A stretch of DNA of 64,000 nucleotides from an archaeon GW2011_AR15 (GTDB lineage Archaea > Nanobdellota > Nanobdellia > Woesearchaeales > GW2011-AR15). Where the stretch lies: positions 320,001 through 384,000 of the forward strand of contig CP010425.1 of the NCBI GenBank assembly GCA_000830295.1. The letters are read 5' to 3'. The notes below the pieces were generated by a model, which was not told the DNA's origin, did no database searches, and saw only the letters and a list, made by a program, of their open reading frames with translations. Position numbers and translations under genes: made by a program. This document shows positions 28,759 through 38,586 of the stretch, piece after piece. The number at the start of each line of letters is the position of its first letter. Position 1 is the first letter of the stretch.

Positions 28759-28973
28759 TGAAAGAGAAAAGGGCATTTGCCATTGTGGTCTCTCTGATGC
28801 TTCTTTCAGCATTCATACTTGGCTGCTCAAACCAAGAAGCAAGCACAGGGGACAATGCTGATGAAGACCTTGAAGAGGGCATCAGCGAAGTCGACAGTGC
28901 TAAAGAGGATTTCAATCAGGAAGAGGTAGACTCTGGAGTCAATGCTTTAGAGGGAGACTTCTCTGACTGGTAA
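28758..28973 (+). CDS. small acidic lipoprotein
   Basis: Lipobox ILGC; TAATG coupling with upstream gene. Confidence 0.7.
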   Translation: MKEKRAFAIVVSLMLLSAFILGCSNQEASTGDNADEDLEEGISEVDSAKEDFNQEEVDSGVNALEGDFSDW

Positions 28974-29719
28974 GATTTATTTTTTATTTTTTTTATTGCG
29001 TACTCTGCTATTTTCTTGAGATTGATTACGTCTTCCTCATTGTATTCAACCAGCAGGTCAAGATAATATTTGTCGCCTGTTGCCCTGAACATTCTCCATA
29101 GTTTAATAGGGTCACCGCCATACATCCTTTCAACAATAACATTGTTTCTTGTTATGCCAATCTGCTTCTCTATTTCCTTCAGCCCGCCTTTCAGCCCTGC
29201 TTTATTGCAGAGGTGCCTCACATCAATATGCGGGATATCCGGGATTAGGCCGGGAAATTTCTTGTTCAGATAAGGAAGGTCAAATGAGGAACCGTTGAAT
29301 GTCACAATCAGCTTGTATTTTTTCAGCTCGTTTTTCAGGGCAGCAGGATTCAGGTTTATGCCTTTCACCATTGTCTTTGTGTCAATGCCATCATACAAGC
29401 CGATAACTGTAAGATATGATTCCATGCTTGTTGAGGATGAAGTCTCTATATCCAGGAAAACTATTTCGTCTTTGAAGAATTCATATAATCGCCATGTCTC
29501 TGTTGTTGGCACTTTGTCTGTAAAATATGCAGAGTTCCCCTCATAAAGCTCTTTCTTTGCCTCAAGTATCTTCCGGTCATAGAATGCTTTTGTCTTTTTT
29601 GAAATGCCTTTAATATCTCTCTCCAGGAAATCATCCCAGTCATTTATTCCCTGCTCCCTTATTATAAATTCTTTTTTCAGCCCGACTTTGGGGAGGTGAA
29701 TATAGGTATTTCTGATCAT
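28916..29719 (-). CDS. YprB/RNase H-like 3'-5' exonuclease
   Basis: N-terminal HhH (LPKVG), FLDIET, TFNGSSFDLP, GGLKEIE, YNEEDV. Confidence 0.88.
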   Translation of the reverse strand: MIRNTYIHLPKVGLKKEFIIREQGINDWDDFLERDIKGISKKTKAFYDRKILEAKKELYEGNSAYFTDKVPTTETWRLYEFFKDEIVFLDIETSSSTSMESYLTVIGLYDGIDTKTMVKGINLNPAALKNELKKYKLIVTFNGSSFDLPYLNKKFPGLIPDIPHIDVRHLCNKAGLKGGLKEIEKQIGITRNNVIVERMYGGDPIKLWRMFRATGDKYYLDLLVEYNEEDVINLKKIAEYAIKKIKNKSYQSEKSPSKALTPESTSS

Positions 29720-29836
29720 GGAAATTTTGTTTTTCAGAAGTTTAAAAGGGTTGCGTGGGGATGTCCAGTGAACAATAGCTTATGCACCAGCCATATCTAC
29801 CAAAACTTTAAATATTCCAGTTTATAAGTAAATAGG

Positions 29837-30055
29837 ATGGCAAAGAAAGAAGCAAAAAAGAAAGAAGAAGTCAGGAAATTATTCAGGTCAAAGAGCAACA
29901 GGGTAATCGCCGGTGTGTGCGGCGGTATAGGTGAATATTTTGCAGTTGATCCTGTTGTCGTAAGGCTCGCATGGGTGCTGTTCACCCTGCTTAGCTTCGG
30001 AACCGGAATCCTGATTTATATCATAGCCTGGCTTATAATACCTGAGAGAAAATGA
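29837..30055 (+). CDS. pspC: PspC domain protein
   Basis: KLFRSKSNRVIAGVCGGIGEYFAVDPVVVRL...YIIAWLIIP. Confidence 0.92.
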   Translation: MAKKEAKKKEEVRKLFRSKSNRVIAGVCGGIGEYFAVDPVVVRLAWVLFTLLSFGTGILIYIIAWLIIPERK

Positions 30056-30057
30056 TT

Positions 30058-30966
30058 TTATTCTGATTTTATCTCTACTACGTATTTCGCATCAGAGCTT
30101 GGCGTATAAAGGGGGCATGGCTCTTCATAGCAGGGAGGCACATTCTCAAATGTATCGACAATCTCCATGCCCTCATCAAGGAAGATTATATCTATAGGGA
30201 ATCTCATGTTCTTCATCCAGAAGCCATATCTCCCCGGCTCTTCAAAGACAAAAAGCATTGCCCCTTCAAAATCATTTCTGTACATCAGCCCCAGCTGCCT
30301 GCCCGGCGGCGTGTTCCTTATTTCTGCTGGATAGCATGTGTCATCGATGCATACCTCTGTATCATTGACAGGGAGAATGTAAAGCGCACCCACAATCAGC
30401 AGCACTATTGCCGCAAAATATATTTTTGTTTTCAGGGATTTTACCAGGAAAACTGACCTATGCGCTGACCTGCCAACCTTGAGAAAGAGCTTTTCAGTCA
30501 GGCTGTATGCTGTCAGGATCCCGTAGAGCCACAGCAGCAGTTTACTCTCAAATACAAGGGAAACAAGGACCAGCACAGGGAAAACAACTGCTGCTGCCAG
30601 CGCTGCATAGTTCCTCATGAAGACCGGCTCTTTTGTATGGTAATAGCTGAGTGCCTGCACAAGCAGGTAATATGACACCAGGAATATGGCCTGGTAGATG
30701 TATTTTTCAAGCACATAGATGCCGAAAAGATAGAGGCTCAGCACAACGCATACAACAATGAAATTGTCAGTTATAGCATCAAATTTCGCCCCGAATTCTG
30801 TCTCCTGCTTTAGTTTTCTCGCCAGGAAGCCGTCAAGGAGGTCAGTGGCAAGCGCAAGAAGGTAAAAAACCACAAAAGCAAAGGAATGCGCATACGCAGA
30901 CCATACCATGAGGCCACCGAAAATAACCCTGAGAAATGTAACAGAATTCGGGACATTCAGTTTCAT
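30058..30966 (-). CDS. CDP-alcohol phosphatidyltransferase fused to C-terminal DUF192
   Basis: PNSVT, DLLDGFLAR(x8)GAKFDAITD; C-terminal GLMYR...MLFVF...FWMKNMRFPIDIIFLD...YVVE. Confidence 0.85.
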   Translation of the reverse strand: MKLNVPNSVTFLRVIFGGLMVWSAYAHSFAFVVFYLLALATDLLDGFLARKLKQETEFGAKFDAITDNFIVVCVVLSLYLFGIYVLEKYIYQAIFLVSYYLLVQALSYYHTKEPVFMRNYAALAAAVVFPVLVLVSLVFESKLLLWLYGILTAYSLTEKLFLKVGRSAHRSVFLVKSLKTKIYFAAIVLLIVGALYILPVNDTEVCIDDTCYPAEIRNTPPGRQLGLMYRNDFEGAMLFVFEEPGRYGFWMKNMRFPIDIIFLDEGMEIVDTFENVPPCYEEPCPLYTPSSDAKYVVEIKSE

Positions 30967-31018
30967 CCATCATATGAATTCAGTAATGTTTTTAAATCAT
31001 CCTCCTTTTCCATCATTT

Positions 31019-31195
31019 ATGGCAAAGGACAACAGGATAAGCATGCCTGCTTCGGGAGCAGGGATAACAAGGTATTTTGATGACTATAAGTCAAAGATAG
31101 AATTTTCACCGGGCCATGTTGTTTTTCTTGCAATAGTCGTAATGCTTCTTGTCATAATTCTTAACATCTGGGGCGGCAGCATCCTTGGAATATAA
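31019..31195 (+). CDS. preprotein translocase subunit Sec61beta
   Basis: MPASGAGITRYFDD...FSP plus one C-terminal TM; start moved to ATG 31019. Confidence 0.9.
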   Translation: MAKDNRISMPASGAGITRYFDDYKSKIEFSPGHVVFLAIVVMLLVIILNIWGGSILGI

Positions 31196-31279
31196 GAACT
31201 TCCGGCTTTATAGTCTTTAACAAAAGAAAAGATTTAAAAGAGTCATCATCTACTTCTTTCTCTAAAAAAGAGGGTTAAA

Positions 31280-32767
31280 TTGGAAACTAAGGCAATTGAT
31301 TCTTACAAGATATACTCAGAGAAGATACCTCTGCAGATACATATCTACAGCCAGAGGGGCCAGCCCGTGCCATTTTATCACCTTTCCCTGCTCAATATTA
31401 CCCCTGAGACAAAAAGGACAATCGAGAGAATAAGAAATGACATAATCACAGGGCTGAGCTTTGACATAAGCCAGAAGCAGGGTAAGCAGGGGGAGGAAGA
31501 GATAAAGGAGCAGTTCAGGGAAAAGCTTTCTGCCCTGATAGAGGGGCAATTCGCAGGCGCTGACCAGGATACTGTTGAGCTGATAACCGACTACATAATC
31601 ACAACAAGCCTTGGCCTTGCTGAGCTGGAGTTCCTGCTGAATGACCAGCAGCTTGAGGAGATTGTAATAAACGGCGCAGGAATCAATGTGTGGGTCTACC
31701 ACAAAAAATACGGCTGGCTTAAGACAAACATTGTTTTCAATGACGAGAATAAAATAAGGCATTTTGCAACAATAATAGGGAGGAACGTGGACAGGGGAAT
31801 AAGCCTCCTTGATCCGCTGCTGGATGCCCACCTGAAGACAGGTGACAGGGTGAACGCCACTCTTGCTCCTATAACAACTGCAGGAAACACCCTCACCATC
31901 AGGAAATTTTCAAAGGTGCCGTGGACAATAACAACTTTCCTGAAAAACAAGACAATCGATTACAATGCCGCTGCTTTAATATGGCAGGCAATGCAGTATG
32001 AGCTGTCAATCCTTGTTGTCGGGGGAACAGGCTCCGGTAAAACCTCTTTCATGAATGTAATTTCAGGATTTTTCCCGCCAAACCAAAGGATAATTTCAAT
32101 TGAGGATACAAGGGAGCTGCAGCTGCCCGCAACCCTTCACTGGGTGCCTATGCAGTCCAGGCTTCCGAACCCTGAAGGAAAGGGTGAAATAACAATGCTT
32201 GACTGCATGATCAACGCACTGAGGATGAGGCCGGACAGGATTATAGTCGGAGAAGTAAGGAGAGAAAAGGAGCTTGAGGTCATGTTTGAAGCCCTGCACA
32301 CCGGCCATTCTGTATACAGCACTTTCCACGCAAGCAATGTAAATGAGACCATTGCCCGTCTTGCAAATCCCCCTATAAATCTTGCAAGGCAGCTGCTCGC
32401 ATCGCTTGACCTGATTGTTGTCCAGCACAGGAACAGAAGGACTGGAGTAAGGAGGACATTCCAGGTAGCTGAGCTTGACGAATCCGGGAACCCAAAAATC
32501 ATAATGCAGCATAATAACATGCAGGACAGGATGTCCCAGACAGCCCTTCCGCAGAGGACAATGGCCACTCTCATGCTTTACAGCGGGATGAGCCAGGAGC
32601 AGATAAGCACCGAGCTGCAGGAGAAGATATCTGTGCTTAAATGGCTTGTTGCAAGGGACATAGAAGAGATAGGCAAAGTCGGGCTTATCATAAGCGATTA
32701 CTACACAGAAAAGCAGCACCTTCTCGACCTTGTCAAAAAGAATAAAGATTATGTGGCTGTGAAGTAA
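31280..32767 (+). CDS. CpaF/TadA family pilus assembly ATPase
   Basis: GGTGSGKT, SIEDTREL, ALRMRPDRIIVGEVR, TGHSVYSTFHA. Confidence 0.92.
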   Translation: METKAIDSYKIYSEKIPLQIHIYSQRGQPVPFYHLSLLNITPETKRTIERIRNDIITGLSFDISQKQGKQGEEEIKEQFREKLSALIEGQFAGADQDTVELITDYIITTSLGLAELEFLLNDQQLEEIVINGAGINVWVYHKKYGWLKTNIVFNDENKIRHFATIIGRNVDRGISLLDPLLDAHLKTGDRVNATLAPITTAGNTLTIRKFSKVPWTITTFLKNKTIDYNAAALIWQAMQYELSILVVGGTGSGKTSFMNVISGFFPPNQRIISIEDTRELQLPATLHWVPMQSRLPNPEGKGEITMLDCMINALRMRPDRIIVGEVRREKELEVMFEALHTGHSVYSTFHASNVNETIARLANPPINLARQLLASLDLIVVQHRNRRTGVRRTFQVAELDESGNPKIIMQHNNMQDRMSQTALPQRTMATLMLYSGMSQEQISTELQEKISVLKWLVARDIEEIGKVGLIISDYYTEKQHLLDLVKKNKDYVAVK

Positions 32768-33562
32768 ATGAGAAATATATTTTCAAAGGAATATACAAAA
32801 ATCCTGAAGAAGACACAGACAAATCCTGAGAGGTTTTCAAAACTGGCCGTGGCTTCAAGCCTTATTGTTGCCCTTCTTATTTCCGGCATAGTGCTGGCGC
32901 TGCTGATTTTCAGGGGCTTGCCGCCGTATTATGCAGTTATAGTTTTCCTGGCTGCGTTTTTTTTGGCATTTGAGATGATAAAACTGATTCCGGCAATGAG
33001 CCTCAGGAGCCGGAAGGCAATGCTTGAATCAGACCTTCTGTATTCCGCAAGGCACCTTCTTCTGAAGCTGGAAAGCGGCTCATCACTTGTGAATTCCCTG
33101 GAGAGCGTAAGCACACTCAATACAAAGTCAAGCGCATATTTCAAGAAGCTCATGCTGGATATCTCGCTTGGGACACCAATAGAAGATGCCATAGAAAAAG
33201 CAATAGCCTACAGCCCTTCCCTTGCATATTCAAAGATACTGAGTGAGATAAAGACCTCACTGGAAACAGGCTCTGACCTGCGGAAGACAATAAAGAATAT
33301 TGTTGAGGATGTCACAAGAAACCACCTTATCCATATACAGGAATACGGCAAGAAACTGAATCCCATGTCAATGTTCTATATGATCCTGGGGACTGTTTTC
33401 CCGAGCATTGGCACTGCCCTTATAATAGTAGCTGCAAGCCTTCTTCCCGGAGTCCTTGTAATAAACTTCACCGTGCTTATGTTCCTCCTGTTTATGCTGC
33501 TGGTAGTCCAGCTGTTTTTCCTGTTCTCATTCAGGTCGCTTAAGCCAGGGGTGATGGAATGA
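32768..33562 (+). CDS. type II secretion system F family (TadB-like) protein
   Basis: TM pairs flanking a cytoplasmic helical domain (LESGSSL, LGTPIEDA, ETGSDL); directly after the ATPase. Confidence 0.82.
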   Translation: MRNIFSKEYTKILKKTQTNPERFSKLAVASSLIVALLISGIVLALLIFRGLPPYYAVIVFLAAFFLAFEMIKLIPAMSLRSRKAMLESDLLYSARHLLLKLESGSSLVNSLESVSTLNTKSSAYFKKLMLDISLGTPIEDAIEKAIAYSPSLAYSKILSEIKTSLETGSDLRKTIKNIVEDVTRNHLIHIQEYGKKLNPMSMFYMILGTVFPSIGTALIIVAASLLPGVLVINFTVLMFLLFMLLVVQLFFLFSFRSLKPGVME

Positions 33563-34563
33563 GTTTTTTCTATAACCTCGGGAAAAGCATCCTGCCTGAA
33601 AGGATAAGGCAGAGAATAGGCATATATCTTGAAAAGACCGGAAAATATGAGGTTCCTTTTGATACATATGGGAAAGTTTTTGTGTTCTCTTTTGCAATAA
33701 GCATCCTTGCCTATGCCTTGCTCCTTTACTCTTATCTTAAGTCTGCAGGGCTTGCGCTTTTCCTGATACTCTCCTTCCTGAGCCTGACAGCGCTCCAGCT
33801 CGGCCTTGTTTTTGTCATGCTTATAGGCTTCTGGCTTTATTATGAGTTCGTGATATTCAGAAGGACGAGAGAAATAGAGGAAGTCCTGCCTGATTTTCTT
33901 GAGCAGGTCTCTGTAAATCTAAGGGCAGGAATGAGCTTTGACAGGGCTCTCTGGAATTCTGTAAACCCCGACTTCGGAGTGCTTGAAAGAGAGATAGAGA
34001 TTGTCTCAAAGAAAGTTATGACCGGAGACGATACAGAGCAGGCCCTGAAGGAATTTGCGAACAAGTACAATTCAACATTGCTGCAGGAATCAATGGATAT
34101 GATAATAATAGGAATACGGGCAGGCGGCAACATATCTGAGCTTATAGACAGGGTCGTGGCAAATGTAAAGGAAGCCCACTACCTCAATGAAGAGCTTATA
34201 GCAAGCGTAACCAGCTATGTGATATTCATAAGCGTCATAGCCGTCGTGATTTCCCCTGTGCTGTTTGCACTGTCATTCAACCTGATGCAGATAATACAGG
34301 GGCTTGGGGACAAGCTTACTGTGACAAATTACGGAAATGTGCTGAATTTCGGGGATAACCTGCTTAACCCAAAGGATTTCATACTCTTCTCAAAGATAGC
34401 CATAGTCATCATCGCAGGCATATCCTCCCTTATAATTGCTGACCTGAGGGAAGGCAGCATAAAGGCAGGGCTCAAATACATTGTGCTGTTTGCGCCTATA
34501 GCGTATATTATCTATCTTGTTGCGCTTGCAGGATTGTCAGGGGCGTTTGGCGTTGTCGTCTAG
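33559..34563 (+). CDS. type II secretion system F family (TadC-like) protein
   Basis: IEEVLPDFL...NLRAGMS, FGVL..EI, RAGGNI. Confidence 0.85.
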   Translation: MSFFYNLGKSILPERIRQRIGIYLEKTGKYEVPFDTYGKVFVFSFAISILAYALLLYSYLKSAGLALFLILSFLSLTALQLGLVFVMLIGFWLYYEFVIFRRTREIEEVLPDFLEQVSVNLRAGMSFDRALWNSVNPDFGVLEREIEIVSKKVMTGDDTEQALKEFANKYNSTLLQESMDMIIIGIRAGGNISELIDRVVANVKEAHYLNEELIASVTSYVIFISVIAVVISPVLFALSFNLMQIIQGLGDKLTVTNYGNVLNFGDNLLNPKDFILFSKIAIVIIAGISSLIIADLREGSIKAGLKYIVLFAPIAYIIYLVALAGLSGAFGVVV

Positions 34564-34904
34564 AACATAATAAAATCGCCTATTTCTGTCCCGCTCCTCT
34601 TTACTGCACCGTCAGGAAGCTCCAGCACGTATTTTGCTTTCTCTCTGGGATAATAAACTGTAAAGGGGAGGAAGTGCTCCTTTATTTCTATAATTCTTTT
34701 CCTGTTATCAAGAAAGACAAGGTCTATGGGAAAAAATACGAAAAGCATATGCAGTCCCCTTCTCTCTGCCTTGTCAAAGACAAAGACAAGCCCCGTGTCT
34801 GTTATTTTTCTTGAAAACATCAGGCCCCTGAGCTTTGAGGGAATGCTTCTGCAAACCCTCATTTCTGCTGTAATCACTATGTTTTTGGTCTTATTCAGTA
34901 TCAT
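34560..34904 (-). CDS. DUF192 family protein
   Basis: RGLMF, LHMLFVFFPIDLVFLD, AKYVLELP. Confidence 0.85.
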   Translation of the reverse strand: MILNKTKNIVITAEMRVCRSIPSKLRGLMFSRKITDTGLVFVFDKAERRGLHMLFVFFPIDLVFLDNRKRIIEIKEHFLPFTVYYPREKAKYVLELPDGAVKRSGTEIGDFIMF

Positions 34905-35005
34905 AACCTAATTTGATATAATTTGGAATTTAAAAAAATTTATATATAGAAGGCATAATTGATATAGTACAGGGGTAGGTAGAAATCAGCAGCAAATCTT
35001 TCAAC

Positions 35006-35512
35006 GTGGATATGGATGCTTATCTTTCCAGAAGGACGAAGGATAAGCCTAAAAAAGAGGATAAGGAAGAGAAGAAGAAAGAGGTAGAAGTAGTTGAAGT
35101 GGAGGAGATAGTGGAAGAGGTTGAAATTACCCCCAGAAAAAGAAAGGTCTCTTTTTTGAAAAGATTTTTTGATTCCCTTTTCGGGGATGCTGAAGAATAT
35201 CCTGAAGTAGGAGAGGTAGAGAGGATGAAAGAAGAGAGGGAATTTGAGGATATGGAACAGAAGCCAAAGAAAAGGAAGAAGGATCTGCTTTCAAAATTAT
35301 TCGGATGGCTCGGCGGGGAAGAGGATACTGCTGCTGAAGAGGTTGCTATTCAGGCGCATGCTGAAGTGAATGAAGACCTCAAAGATGCGCTTAAGATACA
35401 GAACAAGTGGCTCCAGAAACTGCCTGCCCAGAGCATAAGGGATTTCAAGGCATCAGAAGATTACAAAAGATACAGAGAGATACTTGAAAAGTATAAGCTG
35501 CTGAAGAAATAA
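35006..35512 (+). CDS. hypothetical highly charged protein
   Basis: K/E-rich, amphipathic FF..LF segments; start uncertain. Confidence 0.65.
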   Translation: MDMDAYLSRRTKDKPKKEDKEEKKKEVEVVEVEEIVEEVEITPRKRKVSFLKRFFDSLFGDAEEYPEVGEVERMKEEREFEDMEQKPKKRKKDLLSKLFGWLGGEEDTAAEEVAIQAHAEVNEDLKDALKIQNKWLQKLPAQSIRDFKASEDYKRYREILEKYKLLKK

Positions 35513-35597
35513 TAAAAATTTTTATCTGTTTTTATGCCTATTGCCCAATATAACCTATTGGAAAGGTATTTATACTTATTATCCGGCATATTAATAT

Positions 35598-36326
35598 ATG
35601 AATTTAGGCTATATTCTTTCAGGCATTTGGTTCTATTTTATAGATTCATTCGTGCTCTGGCTGAAAGCTATATTTGTCGCTCCGTTTACCAATCCTGACA
35701 TGCTCTGGATACTTATTCCTATCTGGGTCGGCTGGATTTTTGCTGATTTTTTCCAGGAGAAGAAAGGAACATCACTGGGAAACGCGATATCAAACGGAGT
35801 GCTTGCCCTGTGGGCCGGGTTAGACTGGATCCGCACCAGCATAAGGGCAGTGCAGGCAGGTGATAGCGCGCACTGGCTGAGCTGGCTCGGGAAATCTGTT
35901 GTTGCCCTATTTGTGCTGTCATACGGCTGCTGGATAATATACCTCGGTGTCAAGGGAAAGCAACTTACAAAATATCTGGGCAGAATAAGGGAAGTCACCT
36001 ATGTTGTAATAATATTCAGCCCATTGTTTTACAGGAACCCTGTAATCAGCGGGCTGTCCTTCCAGCTTCTGTTTTCAGCAGTTATTTTCTTTCCCGTATT
36101 CTACTATTTTACAGAATTCCTGAACTGGATAATACCGGACCCTGAATCAATAAAGCAGGATGATAAGAAAGCAGCAGGCATTCCTGCGGGTCCGCAATCG
36201 TGGAGCCCATCTGGCCACAGAAATGAGGGATATAACCATAACCCCTATTCATCCCATTACCCATATCACCATATTGCCACAATGGGAATGAGAAACCAAA
36301 GAAAGCCTGATTACAAATTAAGGTAG
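35598..36326 (+). CDS. hypothetical membrane protein
   Basis: Multiple TM, QEKKGTSLGNAISNG motif. Confidence 0.7.
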   Translation: MNLGYILSGIWFYFIDSFVLWLKAIFVAPFTNPDMLWILIPIWVGWIFADFFQEKKGTSLGNAISNGVLALWAGLDWIRTSIRAVQAGDSAHWLSWLGKSVVALFVLSYGCWIIYLGVKGKQLTKYLGRIREVTYVVIIFSPLFYRNPVISGLSFQLLFSAVIFFPVFYYFTEFLNWIIPDPESIKQDDKKAAGIPAGPQSWSPSGHRNEGYNHNPYSSHYPYHHIATMGMRNQRKPDYKLR

Positions 36327-36347
36327 ATTATAGAATAAATAAAAAAA

Positions 36348-36698
36348 TCAGCAGACGCTCTTTCCGCATCCGCATGTGCTTGTCGCGTTTGGGTTGTCTA
36401 TCTTGAATCCTGAGCCGTGCAGGGAATCTACAAAGTCTATTTTGACTCCTTTAAGGAACTCCACGCTGTCCTTGTCAACAAAGATTTTTACCCCGTGCTG
36501 CTCCATAACCAAGTCTGTCTTTTCAGGATTTTCCTCAAAATCCATGCCATACTGGAATCCTAAGCATCCGCCTGGAAACACATAGAGCTTAAGTCCGTGC
36601 TTTTCCTTGTTGTCCTGTTTGGCAAGCTCCATTATTTTGCCTGCAGCTTTCTCTGTGATTGTAACAACCTGTTTTACTTCGGTTTTTTGCTTAGCCAT
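36348..36698 (-). CDS. A-type Fe-S carrier (IscA/ErpA/HesB)
   Basis: GGCLGFQY, GFKIDNPN, CGCGKS. Confidence 0.92.
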   Translation of the reverse strand: MAKQKTEVKQVVTITEKAAGKIMELAKQDNKEKHGLKLYVFPGGCLGFQYGMDFEENPEKTDLVMEQHGVKIFVDKDSVEFLKGVKIDFVDSLHGSGFKIDNPNATSTCGCGKSVC

Positions 36699-36747
36699 GA
36701 TGTCCTCACCTTGTTTAATGAATCAAACTTTGATTATAAATCTTTCT

Positions 36748-37476
36748 CTATGCTCCCCAGACATCCCGCTTTATGTTCTGCCTGTCTGCTCCAAGCTCCT
36801 TCAGTGTTGCCCCTATGTCCCTGATGAAAGGTATCGGGCCGCAGATATAGAAAAGTTTTTTCGGGCTGAAATTCCCCTCAAGCAGCTGCCTGTCAATCCT
36901 CCCTGCCCTCCCGTCCCATCCTTCTGTCTGCCTTGTAATCGTATATAGAACTGTGATGTTCCTGTTTTCATCTGCCAGCCTGTTGAGCTCTTCCCTGTAG
37001 ATTATTCTGTCAACTGTCTTGGCGCTGTAAAGCAGCGTAATTTTAGTATCCAGCTTCTTCTGTGTGCAGTATTTCATTATGGACCTGAAAGGCACGACTC
37101 CTGAGCCGCCTGCGATAAGAACAATCTCATTGCCCATCTCTTCTGTATATGTGAAATGCCCTTTAGGCTGGCTTATCTCAAATTCATCCCCAACTTCAAC
37201 TTTTTTGTGGAAGAAAGGCGTCAGCCTTCCGTCAGGGGTCAGCTCTATGGTCAGCTCAATGGATCCCTTATCCAGAGGAGACGATGCTATTGAGTATGCC
37301 CTGCCCACTTCCTCGCCATCTATTTTTGCATAGAGCATGACGAACTGGCCGGGTGTAAACACTATTTCTCCTTCTGCAAGTATGAGTTTGAATGTTTTTA
37401 CATTGCCCGTTTCGCACCTTATTTCAGAAACTTTCACTTTTATCCTTGGCTCATCCATGGAAAATCCTGAAATCAT
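36748..37476 (-). CDS. ferredoxin-NADP reductase-like FAD/NAD(P) oxidoreductase
   Basis: PGQF, RAYSIAS, GRLT, IAGGSGVVP, YICGP. Confidence 0.88.
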   Translation of the reverse strand: MISGFSMDEPRIKVKVSEIRCETGNVKTFKLILAEGEIVFTPGQFVMLYAKIDGEEVGRAYSIASSPLDKGSIELTIELTPDGRLTPFFHKKVEVGDEFEISQPKGHFTYTEEMGNEIVLIAGGSGVVPFRSIMKYCTQKKLDTKITLLYSAKTVDRIIYREELNRLADENRNITVLYTITRQTEGWDGRAGRIDRQLLEGNFSPKKLFYICGPIPFIRDIGATLKELGADRQNIKRDVWGA

Positions 37477-37539
37477 GATGTTTTAAATAGTTATTCCTTT
37501 AAACAAAATTTTAAAAACAAAGTATGTTTCCGTGTAGAT

Positions 37540-38130
37540 ATGGCTGAGTTTGCATACCAGGTAAAAATCCCGAAGGAAAGGGTTGCCGTGCTTATAGGCA
37601 AGAAAGGGGAAGTCAAGAAGCAGATAGAGGAGACTACAGGCATAGCCATGGAGATTGACTCAAAAGAGGGAGAGGTTAATGTCATAGGGGATGATGCCCT
37701 TATGCTCTATTCCACAAGGGAGATAATAAAGGCCATTGCCCGGGGATTCAACCCGGAAATTGCCATGCTCCTGCTGAAGCAGGACTATGCTTTCGAGGTA
37801 ATCAGCCTGCCTGACTTTGAGAAAAAAAGCCAGTTCATGAGGATAAAGGGAAGAATTATAGGCGCTGAAGGAAAGACAAGGAGAATCATTGAAGAGCATA
37901 CAGAATGCTTTGTCTCTGTCTACGGCAAGACCGTTGCCATAATAGGAAGGAGCGACTCAATTCATATTGCAAGGAAAGCTGTCGAGATGATAATAAAAGG
38001 AAGCCCGCACTCAACTGTCTACCAGTGGCTCGAGAAGATGAAGAGGCAGCTGAGAAGAAGAGAACTGGAAGATAATTTTGAAGATCATCTAAGATATCCT
38101 AAAGACGATAAAAAGTTAGACAATCTTTAA
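37540..38130 (+). CDS. KH-domain pre-rRNA processing protein (aDim2/Pno1)
   Basis: LIGKKG, AIARGF, RIKGRIIGAEGKTR, GSPHSTVY. Confidence 0.92.
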   Translation: MAEFAYQVKIPKERVAVLIGKKGEVKKQIEETTGIAMEIDSKEGEVNVIGDDALMLYSTREIIKAIARGFNPEIAMLLLKQDYAFEVISLPDFEKKSQFMRIKGRIIGAEGKTRRIIEEHTECFVSVYGKTVAIIGRSDSIHIARKAVEMIIKGSPHSTVYQWLEKMKRQLRRRELEDNFEDHLRYPKDDKKLDNL

Positions 38131-38166
38131 ATATCCGTCTGCTATTGCTATTCCTGGTGAGGACCA

Positions 38167-38586
38167 ATGGCTTACATCATAACAGAACTCTGTCTTAGGG
38201 ATGGCGCATGCGTAGAGGTGTGCCCTGTTGACTGCATCAGGCCGGGAGAGCCGCAGGAAGAGCATCCCACATTTTACATAGACCCTGCTACCTGCATTGA
38301 CTGCAATGCCTGCCTTCCGACATGCCCTTATGAGGCAATTTTTGAAGGCCTTGAGGTTGATGCTATGAAAAATTTTGTGGCAAACGGCGGCGAGCATCTT
38401 GCGGCAAAACTTGGAACGCCCGGTTTTAATGAGGTATATGAAGGGCATGACGCAAAAGGAAACCCCGTAAAGCTGGAAGCGACAAGGACTTTGCAGAAAG
38501 GGGAGGCAGTTGACCTTACAACCGCGATAGAGCAGAACGAGAAGTACTTCACAGAAGGGCTGGGATATAACGCCAAGAAGTTTTGA
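38167..38586 (+). CDS. FdxA-type (7Fe-like) ferredoxin with C-terminal extension
   Basis: C-x5-C-x3-CPVDC and C-x2-C-x2-C-x3-CP motifs; GGTGA SD. Confidence 0.88.
   Translation: MAYIITELCLRDGACVEVCPVDCIRPGEPQEEHPTFYIDPATCIDCNACLPTCPYEAIFEGLEVDAMKNFVANGGEHLAAKLGTPGFNEVYEGHDAKGNPVKLEATRTLQKGEAVDLTTAIEQNEKYFTEGLGYNAKKF

Noticed and set aside
28916-28973. 58-bp convergent overlap of the exonuclease and lipoprotein genes
   Set aside because: Low-complexity tail extension; short convergent overlaps are routine in this compact genome.
34961-35005. In-frame TAG just before VEISSKSFN-VDMD, hinting at amber recoding or a damaged start
   Set aside because: Only 9 codons, TAG is an ordinary stop elsewhere in the window, and GTG/ATG starts are available downstream.
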